20,000 bases of DNA, from the IMG/VR virus record IMGVR_UViG_3300009684_000030, one strand, 5' to 3'. The notes under the pieces are model-generated. The model saw nothing but the letters and a program-made list of their open reading frames with translations. It had not been told where the DNA came from and did no database searches. A program made the translations under genes and the position numbers. Below, one piece after another: positions 1 through 8,729 of the stretch; the stretch's first letter is position 1; every line of letters begins with the position of its first letter. Source of the stretch: an uncultured virus (IMG/VR IMGVR_UViG_3300009684_000030) (Duplodnaviria > Heunggongvirae > Uroviricota > Caudoviricetes).

Positions 1-178
1 TTGGAATTTCGGGCGTTTCTGGCTTAATTCTAAAATGGCTAGACGGTAATGGTAACTCAAAATGCGGATCACTAGTATCATTCCATGCAGACCCAACGGC
101 ATTTAGCCATTGAATTGTCTCACCATTTGCTAATGCCGTAATAACGGGTAATAGTTCCTTTGCTTGTTGTTCTTTCAT
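1..178 (-). CDS. Phage hypothetical protein, runs off the window edge (MKEQQAKELLPVITALANGETIQW...HFRIKPE...)
   Basis: Manual translation from ATG at 178, open to position 1. Starts 4 nt after the stop of the upstream ORF. The A-x-G-x-x-IQ ... W-x-D ... RIKP pattern resembles common small phage proteins. Confidence 0.7.
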   Translation of the reverse strand, partial: MKEQQAKELLPVITALANGETIQWLNAVGSAWNDTSDPHFELPLPSSHFRIKPETPEIP

Positions 179-182
179 ATAA

Positions 183-521
183 TTAGTTCCAGTTAACACG
201 CTTGGTGATTTTAACCTGAATGGGTGGAGCGTCATCGTCTATGTAAATCACTAGTTGATGTTTGGTACCTTCCTTGATATGACAAGGAACAGCAGTAAAA
301 AGAGGATCCTCTTGGCAATAATTTGGAGTAAGTTCAACGAGATGAGTTGCCGCTGGGAATAGATTTTTAGTAGCCTCATCAATCTCATAAAGAGTCCGCC
401 AAGATTTCCATTTATCAAGAGCAACAGAGGTTAGAGTTGTCTTCAAACGAGGGCGCGACCAAATCGCACCATTTGAAGTAGTGAATGTCAAAATTCCATT
501 TTTATCTGCTAGGAGTTTCAT
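183..521 (-). CDS. Hypothetical protein (112 aa)
   Basis: ORF track; ATGA overlap with the upstream ORF; part of an operon behind the promoter at 1065-1093. Confidence 0.75.
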   Translation of the reverse strand: MKLLADKNGILTFTTSNGAIWSRPRLKTTLTSVALDKWKSWRTLYEIDEATKNLFPAATHLVELTPNYCQEDPLFTAVPCHIKEGTKHQLVIYIDDDAPPIQVKITKRVNWN

Positions 522-802
522 AAGGTGGGGCGAATACGATAATCATAAACAATAACGAAGTTCAGATTAGGCTCATTCATCGGAATGACGGTCTCATGGA
601 AAGATTCTACTCCAAATCCTCCAGACTTAATATCCGCGTCATTGAGTAAATAAATCATAGCGATGTTACCTGCAAGGAGGCAAGGGACATCATTCATATC
701 GTGAAACATTTCTCCATCGTCGATAGCTTCGAGGAGTTCATTATCAAGTTCTGCAGCGAGGTAATTTGCCGCTGCTTTAATAGCATCACTTAGTGTGTTC
801 AT
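518..802 (-). CDS. Hypothetical acidic protein (94 aa)
   Basis: ORF track; tightly packed minus-strand operon. Confidence 0.75.
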   Translation of the reverse strand: MNTLSDAIKAAANYLAAELDNELLEAIDDGEMFHDMNDVPCLLAGNIAMIYLLNDADIKSGGFGVESFHETVIPMNEPNLNFVIVYDYRIRPTL

Positions 803-808
803 ATAAAA

Positions 809-1039
809 TTAGGCTGTAAGAATAGTTCCCTTATCGGTATTAGGATTGAAGCGATAAATGTCACCGTCGGCATTCTTAATATCAATTGTAACCTTGTTGA
901 CCTTCATAACCGTATAGGCGATCCGAATGGTTTCCCAACAATTACGACCGTCATCATAATCGGTAGCGATAACAATTTTTTGACCGACTGTATACGGAAG
1001 GTCTTTGAGGATCGGAGGAGCTTTGAAGAGGAGTTTCAT
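809..1039 (-). CDS. Hypothetical early protein (76 aa)
   Basis: ORF track; first gene after the repeated promoter. Confidence 0.75.
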   Translation of the reverse strand: MKLLFKAPPILKDLPYTVGQKIVIATDYDDGRNCWETIRIAYTVMKVNKVTIDIKNADGDIYRFNPNTDKGTILTA

Positions 1040-1044
1040 AATGT

Positions 1045-1093
1045 GGTGGTTTGCTTACAACAATATTGTACCATAAATTTAGCCATTTGTACA
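1045..1093 (-). promoter_or_regulatory. Repeated sigma70-like (early) promoter and leader, copy 1
   Basis: Minus strand: TGTACA (1093-1088), 17-bp spacer, TGG-TACAAT (-10 at 1070-1065). The 31 bp at 1045-1075 are identical to 12853-12883 and 16166-16196. Confidence 0.85.
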
Positions 1094-1136
1094 TAAGAAA
1101 ATCACCATTTGACGAAAATAATTTGGCCTCTGGAAA

Positions 1137-1187
1137 CCAACTACTTAGGAGGATGATTGAAAAATATTTTTCCTCCTAAGTAGTTGG
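1137..1187. repeat. Perfect 17-bp inverted repeat upstream of promoter copy 1
   Basis: CCAACTACTTAGGAGGA (1137-1153), 17-nt spacer, TCCTCCTAAGTAGTTGG (1171-1187). Confidence 0.9.
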
Positions 1188-1273
1188 AAATCAATAGACC
1201 TTTATAATGACCAAACCTCAAGCCCTTAGGACTTCAACCTACATCTTTCGGTGGGGGGATTCCCATTGTGTCA

Positions 1274-1693
1274 TCACAATTGCTTCAAAACAATGCCAAA
1301 TACCTCGGCTAATTCCTTGGCAGATGATGTCGGATAGTCCTCACGATAGTAGATTGTCTTCACATCGTGTGCTATCAATAATTGCATACAGGATGTACAT
1401 GGAAGGGTTGTACAGAAAACTGTCTCAACCTCACCTCGTTTGAATAGTGAGACGAGATTAACTTCCGCGTGTAGCATGAATTTTTGCCTAGATTCTCTAT
1501 CATTCCAAAAATCCTCATCTGGATTAAATCCTGCAGGCAGACCATTATACCCTAGAGCAATAATTCGATTATGTTTATCTGCTGCAACAGCCCCAACCTT
1601 TCGGAAAGGATCTTCTGACCTTAATGCAGCAGTATGAGCTAAGGTAATTCCGTATTCTTCAAAACTAATTCGTGTTGTCATTAAATACTCCAT
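1274..1693 (-). CDS. dCMP deaminase (start may be at 1681)
   Basis: RSEDP..KVGAV, GYNG, HAE and PCxxC zinc-deaminase motifs. Confidence 0.93.
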   Translation of the reverse strand: MEYLMTTRISFEEYGITLAHTAALRSEDPFRKVGAVAADKHNRIIALGYNGLPAGFNPDEDFWNDRESRQKFMLHAEVNLVSLFKRGEVETVFCTTLPCTSCMQLLIAHDVKTIYYREDYPTSSAKELAEVFGIVLKQL

Positions 1694-1928
1694 CTTCGGT
1701 TAACATCCTAATTGCATCATTATACATACCTTCCGTTATAGTAGTTGGATTATCATTTAAGCATTTACTCAAACGAGCATCCAGTCCATACTTATCCCTA
1801 TCATCTTTATTAACTGCATGAATAGCTACTCTTTTAACTATAACATAATTCTCTTCATTTATCGTATACTCTATACAAAATACATAAAGAACTTCATCTT
1901 TAAGTTCATAATGTCGATGGACAAACAT
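1665..1928 (-). CDS. Hypothetical protein (87 aa)
   Basis: ORF track; packed between neighbouring genes. Confidence 0.6.
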   Translation of the reverse strand: MFVHRHYELKDEVLYVFCIEYTINEENYVIVKRVAIHAVNKDDRDKYGLDARLSKCLNDNPTTITEGMYNDAIRMLTEDGVFNDNTN

Positions 1929-1929
1929 A

Positions 1930-2085
1930 TTATCGGGGGCGGCGACGTTCGTAAGGAGATTCTCCGGCGGCCATGCGAGACCAATCTGAACCTACTGGTT
2001 TTGTTAGGAGGTACCCAATTGTAAGAAATGCAGATACAGCTAGAACAGAAACAGTTGACACAATAATTTTTTGCGAAGTATTCAT
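1930..2085 (-). CDS. Small single-TM protein (51 aa, MNTSQKIIVSTVSVLAVSAFLTIGYLLTK...RRRPR)
   Basis: Manual translation, below the ORF-track cutoff; fills the gap, with its stop 1 nt before the next ATG. Confidence 0.65.
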   Translation of the reverse strand: MNTSQKIIVSTVSVLAVSAFLTIGYLLTKPVGSDWSRMAAGESPYERRRPR

Positions 2086-2118
2086 ATAATGTATATATTA
2101 AATCATTGTTTACTAGTT

Positions 2119-2319
2119 TTAGTAAGGCATTTCATGAACATAATATGGTTCATGTGTTTCAACAAACATCCAACCCTTACGAATAAATTCCCCTTGAAAA
2201 TACTTATTAATTAGAGTAACATTATTAGGATCTTTATTATAATCCTCCATACACTTATTAGTAAGCTGAGTCTTGACGGTGTGTTGAATCTTTTTTATGT
2301 AAAATTTATTGTGTTTCAT
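2119..2319 (-). CDS. Hypothetical protein (likely start MKHNK)
   Basis: ORF track 2119..2343; the ATG at 2319 directly follows the upstream stop. Confidence 0.6.
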   Translation of the reverse strand: MKHNKFYIKKIQHTVKTQLTNKCMEDYNKDPNNVTLINKYFQGEFIRKGWMFVETHEPYYVHEMPY

Positions 2320-2320
2320 A

Positions 2321-2626
2321 TTAATGCTTTTTCTTCTTAACAACTACTGCTCGTCTATATGACATTTCCTTGGACGGTATACTCTGAAGTCCATTTTTAT
2401 CAAATGCAACTACAGTAAAGTAGTATGTCGTATTATTAGCAAGATGTTGCTTTGGAACAATAACTGAAGTGTTTGGTCCCTTTGGAAGATGATAGTTATA
2501 ATGTCCAGAAGATGTCCCATAACTCGCCTGATAATCTATCACAGTCGGCTCAGGATTCTTATTCCATGACAATATTTCTGCATTGGCAAATGGACATGTT
2601 AGTAATAGTAATAGTGTTGTTTTCAT
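2321..2626 (-). CDS. Secreted fibronectin type III-like protein
   Basis: Signal peptide MKTTLLLLLTCPFANA; FN3 pattern LSW...Y..SYGTSSG.Y...L...TTYYFTVVAFD..G..S..S. Confidence 0.75.
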   Translation of the reverse strand: MKTTLLLLLTCPFANAEILSWNKNPEPTVIDYQASYGTSSGHYNYHLPKGPNTSVIVPKQHLANNTTYYFTVVAFDKNGLQSIPSKEMSYRRAVVVKKKKH

Positions 2627-2635
2627 ATATTTATT

Positions 2636-2830
2636 TTATAAACGAATAAGACGATGCATCCCATCAAAGTTTGCGATACCACGAACTTCAACCCAATCAA
2701 CGAACGAAAGTCCCCATCCCGTGGTTCCAATAGTTATAGTTCTACAGTATTCTGCAACAAGGCAGCGAACTTCATATTCAGTGAAGTCTCCATAGTCAAC
2801 TTTATGTCTTTCTGGTAATTGCGGGTTCAT
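2636..2830 (-). CDS. Hypothetical protein (likely start MNPQLPERH)
   Basis: 3' part of ORF 2636..2986; the ATG at 2830 removes the overlap with the upstream gene. Confidence 0.55.
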   Translation of the reverse strand: MNPQLPERHKVDYGDFTEYEVRCLVAEYCRTITIGTTGWGLSFVDWVEVRGIANFDGMHRLIRL

Positions 2831-2834
2831 AGCA

Positions 2835-3092
2835 TTAACCTCCTTGATGTCCCATAGCAATACCATCGGGATTTCTTGAAGCAGATCCTGCCCATTCACT
2901 TCCATTATAACATAACGGAAAAAATACCCTCTTCTTTGTCCAAATAGTAAATGGGATACCTTGTGTACCTCCGTATCCAGAATCAAATTCTACATTTTCT
3001 TCTCCATCCTTAAATGTGGATGCTACAATGTCATCCCATGTTTCATCATGCATTGCGCGCTCGACTTCTTTTCGCCATGTTGTGTTGTCCAT
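2835..3092 (-). CDS. Conserved phage hypothetical protein (FDSGYGG..G.PFT.WT..RV.FP motif)
   Basis: ORF track 2835..3149 trimmed to the ATG at 3092; motif-rich sequence. Confidence 0.75.
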   Translation of the reverse strand: MDNTTWRKEVERAMHDETWDDIVASTFKDGEENVEFDSGYGGTQGIPFTIWTKKRVFFPLCYNGSEWAGSASRNPDGIAMGHQGG

Positions 3093-3096
3093 ATTA

Positions 3097-3249
3097 TTAT
3101 AGAACACGGATAAGTTTGCTGTAAGGCTCGGCATAGAAATACTCTTCAAGCAGAGTAAGATTTTGACTCAACCAAGAATATGCTGACTTATCCAGCAATT
3201 GGGTCCTTACTTTACGCCGAATGTCTTTTAGATGTTTTTTGTGTTTCAT
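3097..3249 (-). CDS. Small basic hypothetical protein (MKHKKHLKD...)
   Basis: 3' part of ORF 3097..3345; non-overlapping ATG at 3249. Confidence 0.55.
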   Translation of the reverse strand: MKHKKHLKDIRRKVRTQLLDKSAYSWLSQNLTLLEEYFYAEPYSKLIRVL

Positions 3250-3268
3250 ATTTTCTCCATGTTGTTGT

Positions 3269-3559
3269 TTAGTAAATAAAGGTAAAGTCTTCTCGGTTAG
3301 CAAATACATATTCTGCAAATGCCTGTAGTTTGAATTGTGGCCCAAATAATTTCTGCCAATGTTTTGATTCAGAAATCATATACTCATCATAGGATGCACG
3401 ATGATTTGGATATTTTGCAAAAAATGCAGTTTCCAAATTTTTCATGGTGAACCAATTAAGAGATGCCTGATCCCGGGACTTAGTATATTCCATGCGATCC
3501 CGAGATAGTTTTCCAAGGAATAGCATTGCATGTGATGCGTCAAGAGGTTGTGTGTTCAT
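3269..3559 (-). CDS. Hypothetical protein
   Basis: ORF track 3269..3568 trimmed to the ATG at 3559. Confidence 0.65.
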   Translation of the reverse strand: MNTQPLDASHAMLFLGKLSRDRMEYTKSRDQASLNWFTMKNLETAFFAKYPNHRASYDEYMISESKHWQKLFGPQFKLQAFAEYVFANREDFTFIY

Positions 3560-3560
3560 A

Positions 3561-3668
3561 TTATCCAAATTTGGTCATGAAAAATAGAAAGGCAATAAAA
3601 GAAATTGTGCCGAGGGCTGACTCAGCTACATCTTGCCAAGTTGTTAATGCTAGGATTAGATATTCCAT
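3561..3668 (-). CDS. Small hydrophobic protein (35 aa, MEYLILALTTWQDVAESALGTISFIAFLFFMTKFG)
   Basis: Manual translation; fills the gap exactly, with 1-nt spacing to both neighbours. Confidence 0.55.
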   Translation of the reverse strand: MEYLILALTTWQDVAESALGTISFIAFLFFMTKFG

Positions 3669-3669
3669 A

Positions 3670-4683
3670 TTATTTGCGGGTATCATAGTCGAGATTTATA
3701 ATTTTAAAGCTGCCGCCGTTATGCTTCATCACAACACCTTCAAAACGTTGACCATTAATATGATTCATCTCAATGGAATACTTATCAATAAGAGCAAAGG
3801 TAAGAGGAACCTGCCGTTCCACCATAGGAACTACTGGAATATCCAGAGCAGCACATACCTTTTCATAATAATGCTCGGATTGAGGATTTTCATACTTATG
3901 AGTATCCATATTAAATATTGAAAAGGCCGCAAAGTCAAGAGGTCCCTTTGAATGAGGATTTGTAGGAAATGCCTGAATGCCAGATCCGTAAATTTCACCA
4001 CGAAGCGCAAGGCTCACATTATGCTTAACACAATATGCATGAAGTTTTTCGTTGATATTGTATTTTGCTCCAGCTCGGGTATAGTTATTAACGGTCTCGG
4101 GTTTGATGCAAAGAGATCGAGAACATACTGCATCCTCCCATTCTCCAGTTTGAGAATTCTTTTTCGTATAGAAAGTTCCAGATTGACCATCAATCTTTAG
4201 GGTTACATCCATAAGCTCGTTGTATGGAAGATCGGAGACAATATTCTGCCACCGCTCTTCATCGGTTTTACCAAGACCTACCGGAAGGGGACCTAATGCA
4301 TCAAGGCATTGAGGAACCGGAGCCTCATATTTAGTAACTCCAATAAGATGTGAAATATCAGTCCCAACACTCTTATTCTTAAAAGCATCTATAAGTTTTG
4401 AAGTATCTTCAATTACCGTATAAGGATGCATTACAATTCCAAAGGACCAAGCCCCTCGAAGTTTCATAGCCTTGACTCGTGAGGACCTCTTTTTAAAACC
4501 TTCTGCCCATGGCTTATCGGGTAGAACCGTATCGGGTTGAATAAGGACTACAATATCATTTACTGCAAAATCACCTTTTCCTACAATGCAGGTATATCCT
4601 CCTACATGCGCCATCTCTAGTAGGTCGGCATTAGGATGCGGAGTAATATCCGTCACAAATTCAAAGGATGAGAGCTTGGTCAT
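3670..4683 (-). CDS. ATP-dependent RNA ligase, DRB0094/Rnl2-like, with an N-terminal tRNA-binding OB-like module
   Basis: HPNADLLE N-terminus, KLRGAWSFG, KTDEER, motif I KIDGQS, then SRS, GEIYG, EGVV and FKII. Confidence 0.92.
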   Translation of the reverse strand: MTKLSSFEFVTDITPHPNADLLEMAHVGGYTCIVGKGDFAVNDIVVLIQPDTVLPDKPWAEGFKKRSSRVKAMKLRGAWSFGIVMHPYTVIEDTSKLIDAFKNKSVGTDISHLIGVTKYEAPVPQCLDALGPLPVGLGKTDEERWQNIVSDLPYNELMDVTLKIDGQSGTFYTKKNSQTGEWEDAVCSRSLCIKPETVNNYTRAGAKYNINEKLHAYCVKHNVSLALRGEIYGSGIQAFPTNPHSKGPLDFAAFSIFNMDTHKYENPQSEHYYEKVCAALDIPVVPMVERQVPLTFALIDKYSIEMNHINGQRFEGVVMKHNGGSFKIINLDYDTRK

Positions 4684-5036
4684 TTCTTTAGAGCTTTGAG
4701 TTCCTTCTTGAGGATTTTAAGATTTTTTGTATAGACCCCGACGAAGTAAGCATTATTAGTGCCTCCTTTAGTAGGGTCATTTTGATATTCTGATAAACCT
4801 TTTTCAGTAAGAGCAATGTCCATCTCCTTTTCAACAATTGGAGTAAATGGGTTTCCGCTTCCTTTATTATTAATACGAGCAATTGGAGTTTCAATGACAA
4901 TAGGTGTCACCTTATTCTTTTTAGCCTCAGCCCGTTCCTTTTTGAGAAGATCCTTGGCCACCTTATCGGCGGCCTTAGCCTTCTCACTCAACTTAACTTT
5001 GACGGCTGAAACCTTTTTTACTTTCTTTGCGGACAT
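4680..5036 (-). CDS. Lysine-rich hypothetical protein
   Basis: ORF track; ATGA overlap with the ligase gene. Confidence 0.7.
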   Translation of the reverse strand: MSAKKVKKVSAVKVKLSEKAKAADKVAKDLLKKERAEAKKNKVTPIVIETPIARINNKGSGNPFTPIVEKEMDIALTEKGLSEYQNDPTKGGTNNAYFVGVYTKNLKILKKELKALKK

Positions 5037-5041
5037 ATAGT

Positions 5042-5116
5042 CTATTGTGTTTCTGCGTAGTATGCATCCATGAGGTCGTAAATTTCGCCCTCGGTCATAT
5101 TATCATACTCAAACAT
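5042..5116 (-). CDS. Putative acidic micropeptide (24 aa, MFEYDNMTEGEIYDLMDAYYAETQ)
   Basis: Manual translation; fills the intergenic gap in the operon. Confidence 0.4.
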   Translation of the reverse strand: MFEYDNMTEGEIYDLMDAYYAETQ

Positions 5117-5140
5117 TGTATAACCTACTGAATTCATAAA

Positions 5141-5530
5141 TCAAGCTTCAGCGATTTCTTCGGCGGAGGCAATATAGGTGAAGGCCGATGTATCAGCTGC
5201 AGGAGCCGCATCGGAAATCTTCGGAGTAGAGGCCTTAACAGCCTTTTTGGCAGCTTTCGGGACCTTCACAGCAGAAACTCCCTTAGGAGCCTTTGGGACC
5301 TTTACCGCCTTAGGAGCCTTTGCGGTAGGAATTTCAACTCCGTCAGCAACCTTAGCAGGATATTTACCTGGAGTCACAGCCCGACCTTTACCCAGGAAGA
5401 GGTGGCGAACCTGAACGCAGGTGAGGCCAAATTTATTTCCTGTTTGATGGAGGACGATAGGGGCAAATCCTTCAGCCGCATTGGGCAAGGAGTTCATATG
5501 GGCAATTAGCGTGTCAATTTTGTTTTGCAT
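5141..5530 (-). CDS. Early protein with a histone-H1-like Lys/Ala/Pro-rich tail
   Basis: Repeated KAPKA/KVPKA motifs; first gene after promoter copy 2. Confidence 0.75.
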   Translation of the reverse strand: MQNKIDTLIAHMNSLPNAAEGFAPIVLHQTGNKFGLTCVQVRHLFLGKGRAVTPGKYPAKVADGVEIPTAKAPKAVKVPKAPKGVSAVKVPKAAKKAVKASTPKISDAAPAADTSAFTYIASAEEIAEA

Positions 5531-5556
5531 AATGTATTGTGTTTCGTTACGGCTTT

Positions 5557-5585
5557 ATTGTACCATAAATTTGCCGATTTGTACA
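5557..5585 (-). promoter_or_regulatory. Repeated sigma70-like promoter, copy 2
   Basis: Minus strand: TGTACA (5585-5580), 17-bp spacer, TGG-TACAAT (5562-5557). Confidence 0.8.
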
Positions 5586-5900
5586 TAACTAAATCGTCAA
5601 AAGACGAAAATATTTCGCTTTACTAATTACCAATACTTTAGGACTATTCTTAAAAATCCTCTGTTGGCAGATGTTGTAATGATGCATCAAATGATGGCAA
5701 TTTTTGCTATGTAAGTTGTTGGTTTCCATGGATAAGAATCATAGTTTTAGCCTAAAAGCTGTCAAATATTGAATTTCAGGGTCCTACTGGGGAATCCTCC
5801 ACAGGAATGAGGATGTGGCCTAAATTTCGCCATTCATCTTAAAGCCTAGGTGGGGGAAATCAAATGCATCAAAATATCTGTCAGAAAGCTCATTTTATTA

Positions 5901-5929
5901 TTTACAGATGGCTATAAGGATGATATAAT
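5901..5929 (+). promoter_or_regulatory. Sigma70-like promoter of the helicase; predicted leaderless mRNA
   Basis: TTTACA (5901-5906), 17-bp spacer, TGA-TATAAT (5924-5929), ATG 6 nt downstream. Confidence 0.8.
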
Positions 5930-5935
5930 ACCTTA

Positions 5936-7648
5936 ATGAAGCTACGATATGCCCAAAAAGAGGTTTTAAAACAAATTACAGAGGCTATTGATAGCGGCAA
6001 AAGAGACATATTTATTCAGGCACCTACCGGGGTAGGAAAATCTTTAATTGCCCTTGAGCTTTCTAAAATGTTAGCCTTAATAGGAAAAGATTCATATATC
6101 CTTACATCTGAAAAATCGCTTCAACAACAATATGAGGATGATTGTAAGGTAAAATTTGCTCCACGACATGAGGATGTAATTTCGATTTCAGGCATTGACA
6201 CCTATAAATGCAATATCAATAATGAGAAATTCTCCTTGGGAGTTTGCCGAAACCTAGGTCTATCAAATAAGGCAGCTCTTGAATTAACATGCTCAAGTAA
6301 TTGCGAATATCTCCAAAGGTGGTATTCAGCAAAAATGTCAAAACGGGTTATTATGAATTATAACCTATATCTCCTTCAGATGAATTATGTTTATCCTCGC
6401 ATGGGAAAAAATGCTCCATTTCAAAGGAGAAATATTGTCATATGCGATGAGGCCCATAAATTGCCTGACATTATTGAAAGCCATTTTGCATGTCGGCTAA
6501 ATCCAAATACAGCAAATCGAATTCTCGATGTCATTAAAGGATTAACCTCATTAGGACATAACTATAATCTTAATATTTCAGAACTTAGGACTAGCATTTC
6601 CTATGCCATATCAAAACCCGAGGGGGTATCTGCCTCAATTCACCATGCAGCCTTAAAAAGAGTTTATGATGCATATTCCACAATGATCTCAAGCCTTAAT
6701 TGCATTAAGGCTGAATTGACGGTGAAATATATGCCGGGAAGCCATTCACCCGAGGATTTAAAAGAATTCTCAAAAAATCTTCCCAAGGAAATTAAGGCTC
6801 TCTTATCCTTAACCGATGCTATTAAAGACCAACATTGTAAAGTTGAGGATGCATATAATATGATTGAATTACATGGGCTACAGAACCTTGTAGCATGCGA
6901 TCAGGAAAAAGGTGAAAGGTCATATCATAATCTTTCTGATTATCATCTTTTCCATAAACATTTTAGAAATTTCTCAGATGTACGAATTTATATGAGTGCA
7001 ACATTACAATCAAATCTTCTAATAAACAGATGGAAACTTGATCCTAAAATATGTCATATTATTGATGTTGCGTCTGATTGGGATCCTAATAAATCTCCCG
7101 TTGTATGTTGTAATACAACTAATATGTCCCATGGAGGAGGAGCATCTTCCGTAAATGCAGCCATAATGAAAATTGATTCGCTTCTCAATTCTCACTCATC
7201 TGAAAGAGGAGTAATTCATACAACAACTAATATAATCGCCGAGGAATTACTTGCAAATTCAATTCATGCAAATAGGCTATATTCCTATTCAGGAACAGTA
7301 GAGAAAATTGAGCTCTTAAAGAGACTTCCTAACCTACCTAAAAATGCCGTTATTATAGGTCCTTCATTATTCACAGGAGTGGATTTATATGATGACCTTG
7401 CACGTTTTAATATTATTGTCAAATTAGGCTATCCTAATGTAGGCTCTAGAGTATGGAAAAGAAGATTCGATTTTCAACCTGATGTCTATTTTGGAGAAGC
7501 CGCATCTGTATTAGAGCAATCAGCAGGCAGAACTACTCGACATAAGGATGACTATTCAACAACCTATATCCTTGACGATCGGGCTAAAAACTTTATTTCT
7601 AAAAATAAAAGGTATTTCTCCGAATCATTTTTAGGGCGCGTCCTATAA
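5936..7648 (+). CDS. DinG/Rad3/XPD-like SF2 helicase with putative Fe-S cluster cysteines
   Basis: Q-motif LRYAQ, APTGVGKS, four Cys between motifs I and II, DEAH, MSAT, GVD, KLGYP, QSAGRTTR, ILDDR. Confidence 0.92.
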   Translation: MKLRYAQKEVLKQITEAIDSGKRDIFIQAPTGVGKSLIALELSKMLALIGKDSYILTSEKSLQQQYEDDCKVKFAPRHEDVISISGIDTYKCNINNEKFSLGVCRNLGLSNKAALELTCSSNCEYLQRWYSAKMSKRVIMNYNLYLLQMNYVYPRMGKNAPFQRRNIVICDEAHKLPDIIESHFACRLNPNTANRILDVIKGLTSLGHNYNLNISELRTSISYAISKPEGVSASIHHAALKRVYDAYSTMISSLNCIKAELTVKYMPGSHSPEDLKEFSKNLPKEIKALLSLTDAIKDQHCKVEDAYNMIELHGLQNLVACDQEKGERSYHNLSDYHLFHKHFRNFSDVRIYMSATLQSNLLINRWKLDPKICHIIDVASDWDPNKSPVVCCNTTNMSHGGGASSVNAAIMKIDSLLNSHSSERGVIHTTTNIIAEELLANSIHANRLYSYSGTVEKIELLKRLPNLPKNAVIIGPSLFTGVDLYDDLARFNIIVKLGYPNVGSRVWKRRFDFQPDVYFGEAASVLEQSAGRTTRHKDDYSTTYILDDRAKNFISKNKRYFSESFLGRVL

Positions 7649-7919
7649 AAATATCTAATTTCTCTTTCACAGGGGCTAGATTATTTTCATTCACCTTCGG
7701 TTGCCCTTCGGGCAGCAGCAATGGTTTTAATCAAGTTGGATTAAGCAATCCCTTATCATATACCTTAAGGTTATTGATAAACAATTAAGATTGAATTGAA
7801 AGATTCTAATATTATTTATACGGTCATATGCGAATTCTCAAAACTATTTTCAATAATTGAAAAATAATTAACGGTTTTGTTGGATCTCTCTATATAACCA
7901 TGTTTAAACTAGAACTCTC

Positions 7920-7927
7920 TATAAATA
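7920..7927 (+). promoter_or_regulatory. T4-late-like promoter TATAAATA upstream of phoH
   Basis: Exact motif, 33 nt before the ATG. Confidence 0.65.
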
Positions 7928-7960
7928 CTTTCGTAGTTTACAAACAAATAATAATACTAA

Positions 7961-8713
7961 ATGTCTATTAAAACAAGCACCAAACGGCCGCCTCGTAAGA
8001 AAAAAGATACAGGGGATATTACTAAAGAATTTGCAGAAGTATATAAAAAGAACTTTGATTGTTCAAATATAAAACTCAATAAGATGTTTCCGTTGACAGA
8101 TAATCATACGGCATTTTATTATCTATCTCAGAATGAAAAAACTAATATGATCTTTCTGAGTGGTCCTGCGGGAAGTATGAAATCCTATCTTGCTGTTTAT
8201 ACGGGTTTAGAACTATTAAAGGAACGTAAGATTGATAAAATTATCTATATACGAACAGTTGTAGAAAGTTCCTCTCGCTCAATGGGATTCCTTAAGGGAG
8301 ATGAAAATGAGAAGTTTGCTGTCTATATGGCACCATTTCTTCAAAAGGCAAATGAGATTCTTGATCCTCAAACAGTTCAAGCTCTTGTAGATCAAGAATA
8401 TGTTAAAGCTATGCCTGTGAACTTTGCCCGTGGACTCACCTTTAATAATGCTCTGGTAATTTTTGATGAAGCACAGAACGCAACACGTTCAGAACTTACA
8501 ACTATCCTTACACGATTTGGGCGCAACTCAAAGTTCATTCTTCTTGGAGATACAAAACAAGCAGATATTAAAGATTCTGGATTTGCTCCAGTATTTAATC
8601 TATTTGATACAGAATTCTCAAGAAAGAATAATATTCACTGTGTAAACTTTGATATTCATGATATTATGAGATCCCCAATTTTAAGACATATCACACAAGT
8701 TCTTGGAGTTTAA
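7961..8713 (+). CDS. phoH: PhoH-like ATPase
   Basis: GPAGSMKS, R..VE, GFLKGD..EK, P..FARG.TF, DEAQN, LTRFG..SK, GD.KQ.D, D..RS. Confidence 0.95.
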   Translation: MSIKTSTKRPPRKKKDTGDITKEFAEVYKKNFDCSNIKLNKMFPLTDNHTAFYYLSQNEKTNMIFLSGPAGSMKSYLAVYTGLELLKERKIDKIIYIRTVVESSSRSMGFLKGDENEKFAVYMAPFLQKANEILDPQTVQALVDQEYVKAMPVNFARGLTFNNALVIFDEAQNATRSELTTILTRFGRNSKFILLGDTKQADIKDSGFAPVFNLFDTEFSRKNNIHCVNFDIHDIMRSPILRHITQVLGV

Positions 8714-8721
8714 TATAAATA
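8714..8721 (+). promoter_or_regulatory. T4-late-like promoter TATAAATA
   Basis: Exact motif, 8 nt before the ATG at 8730. Confidence 0.7.
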
Positions 8722-8729
8722 CTATTACC

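Noticed and set aside
1137..1187. MITE/IS terminal inverted repeats or a simple terminator
   Set aside because: No transposase or target duplication, no U-tract, and the arms recur as unpaired boxes in the other promoter modules
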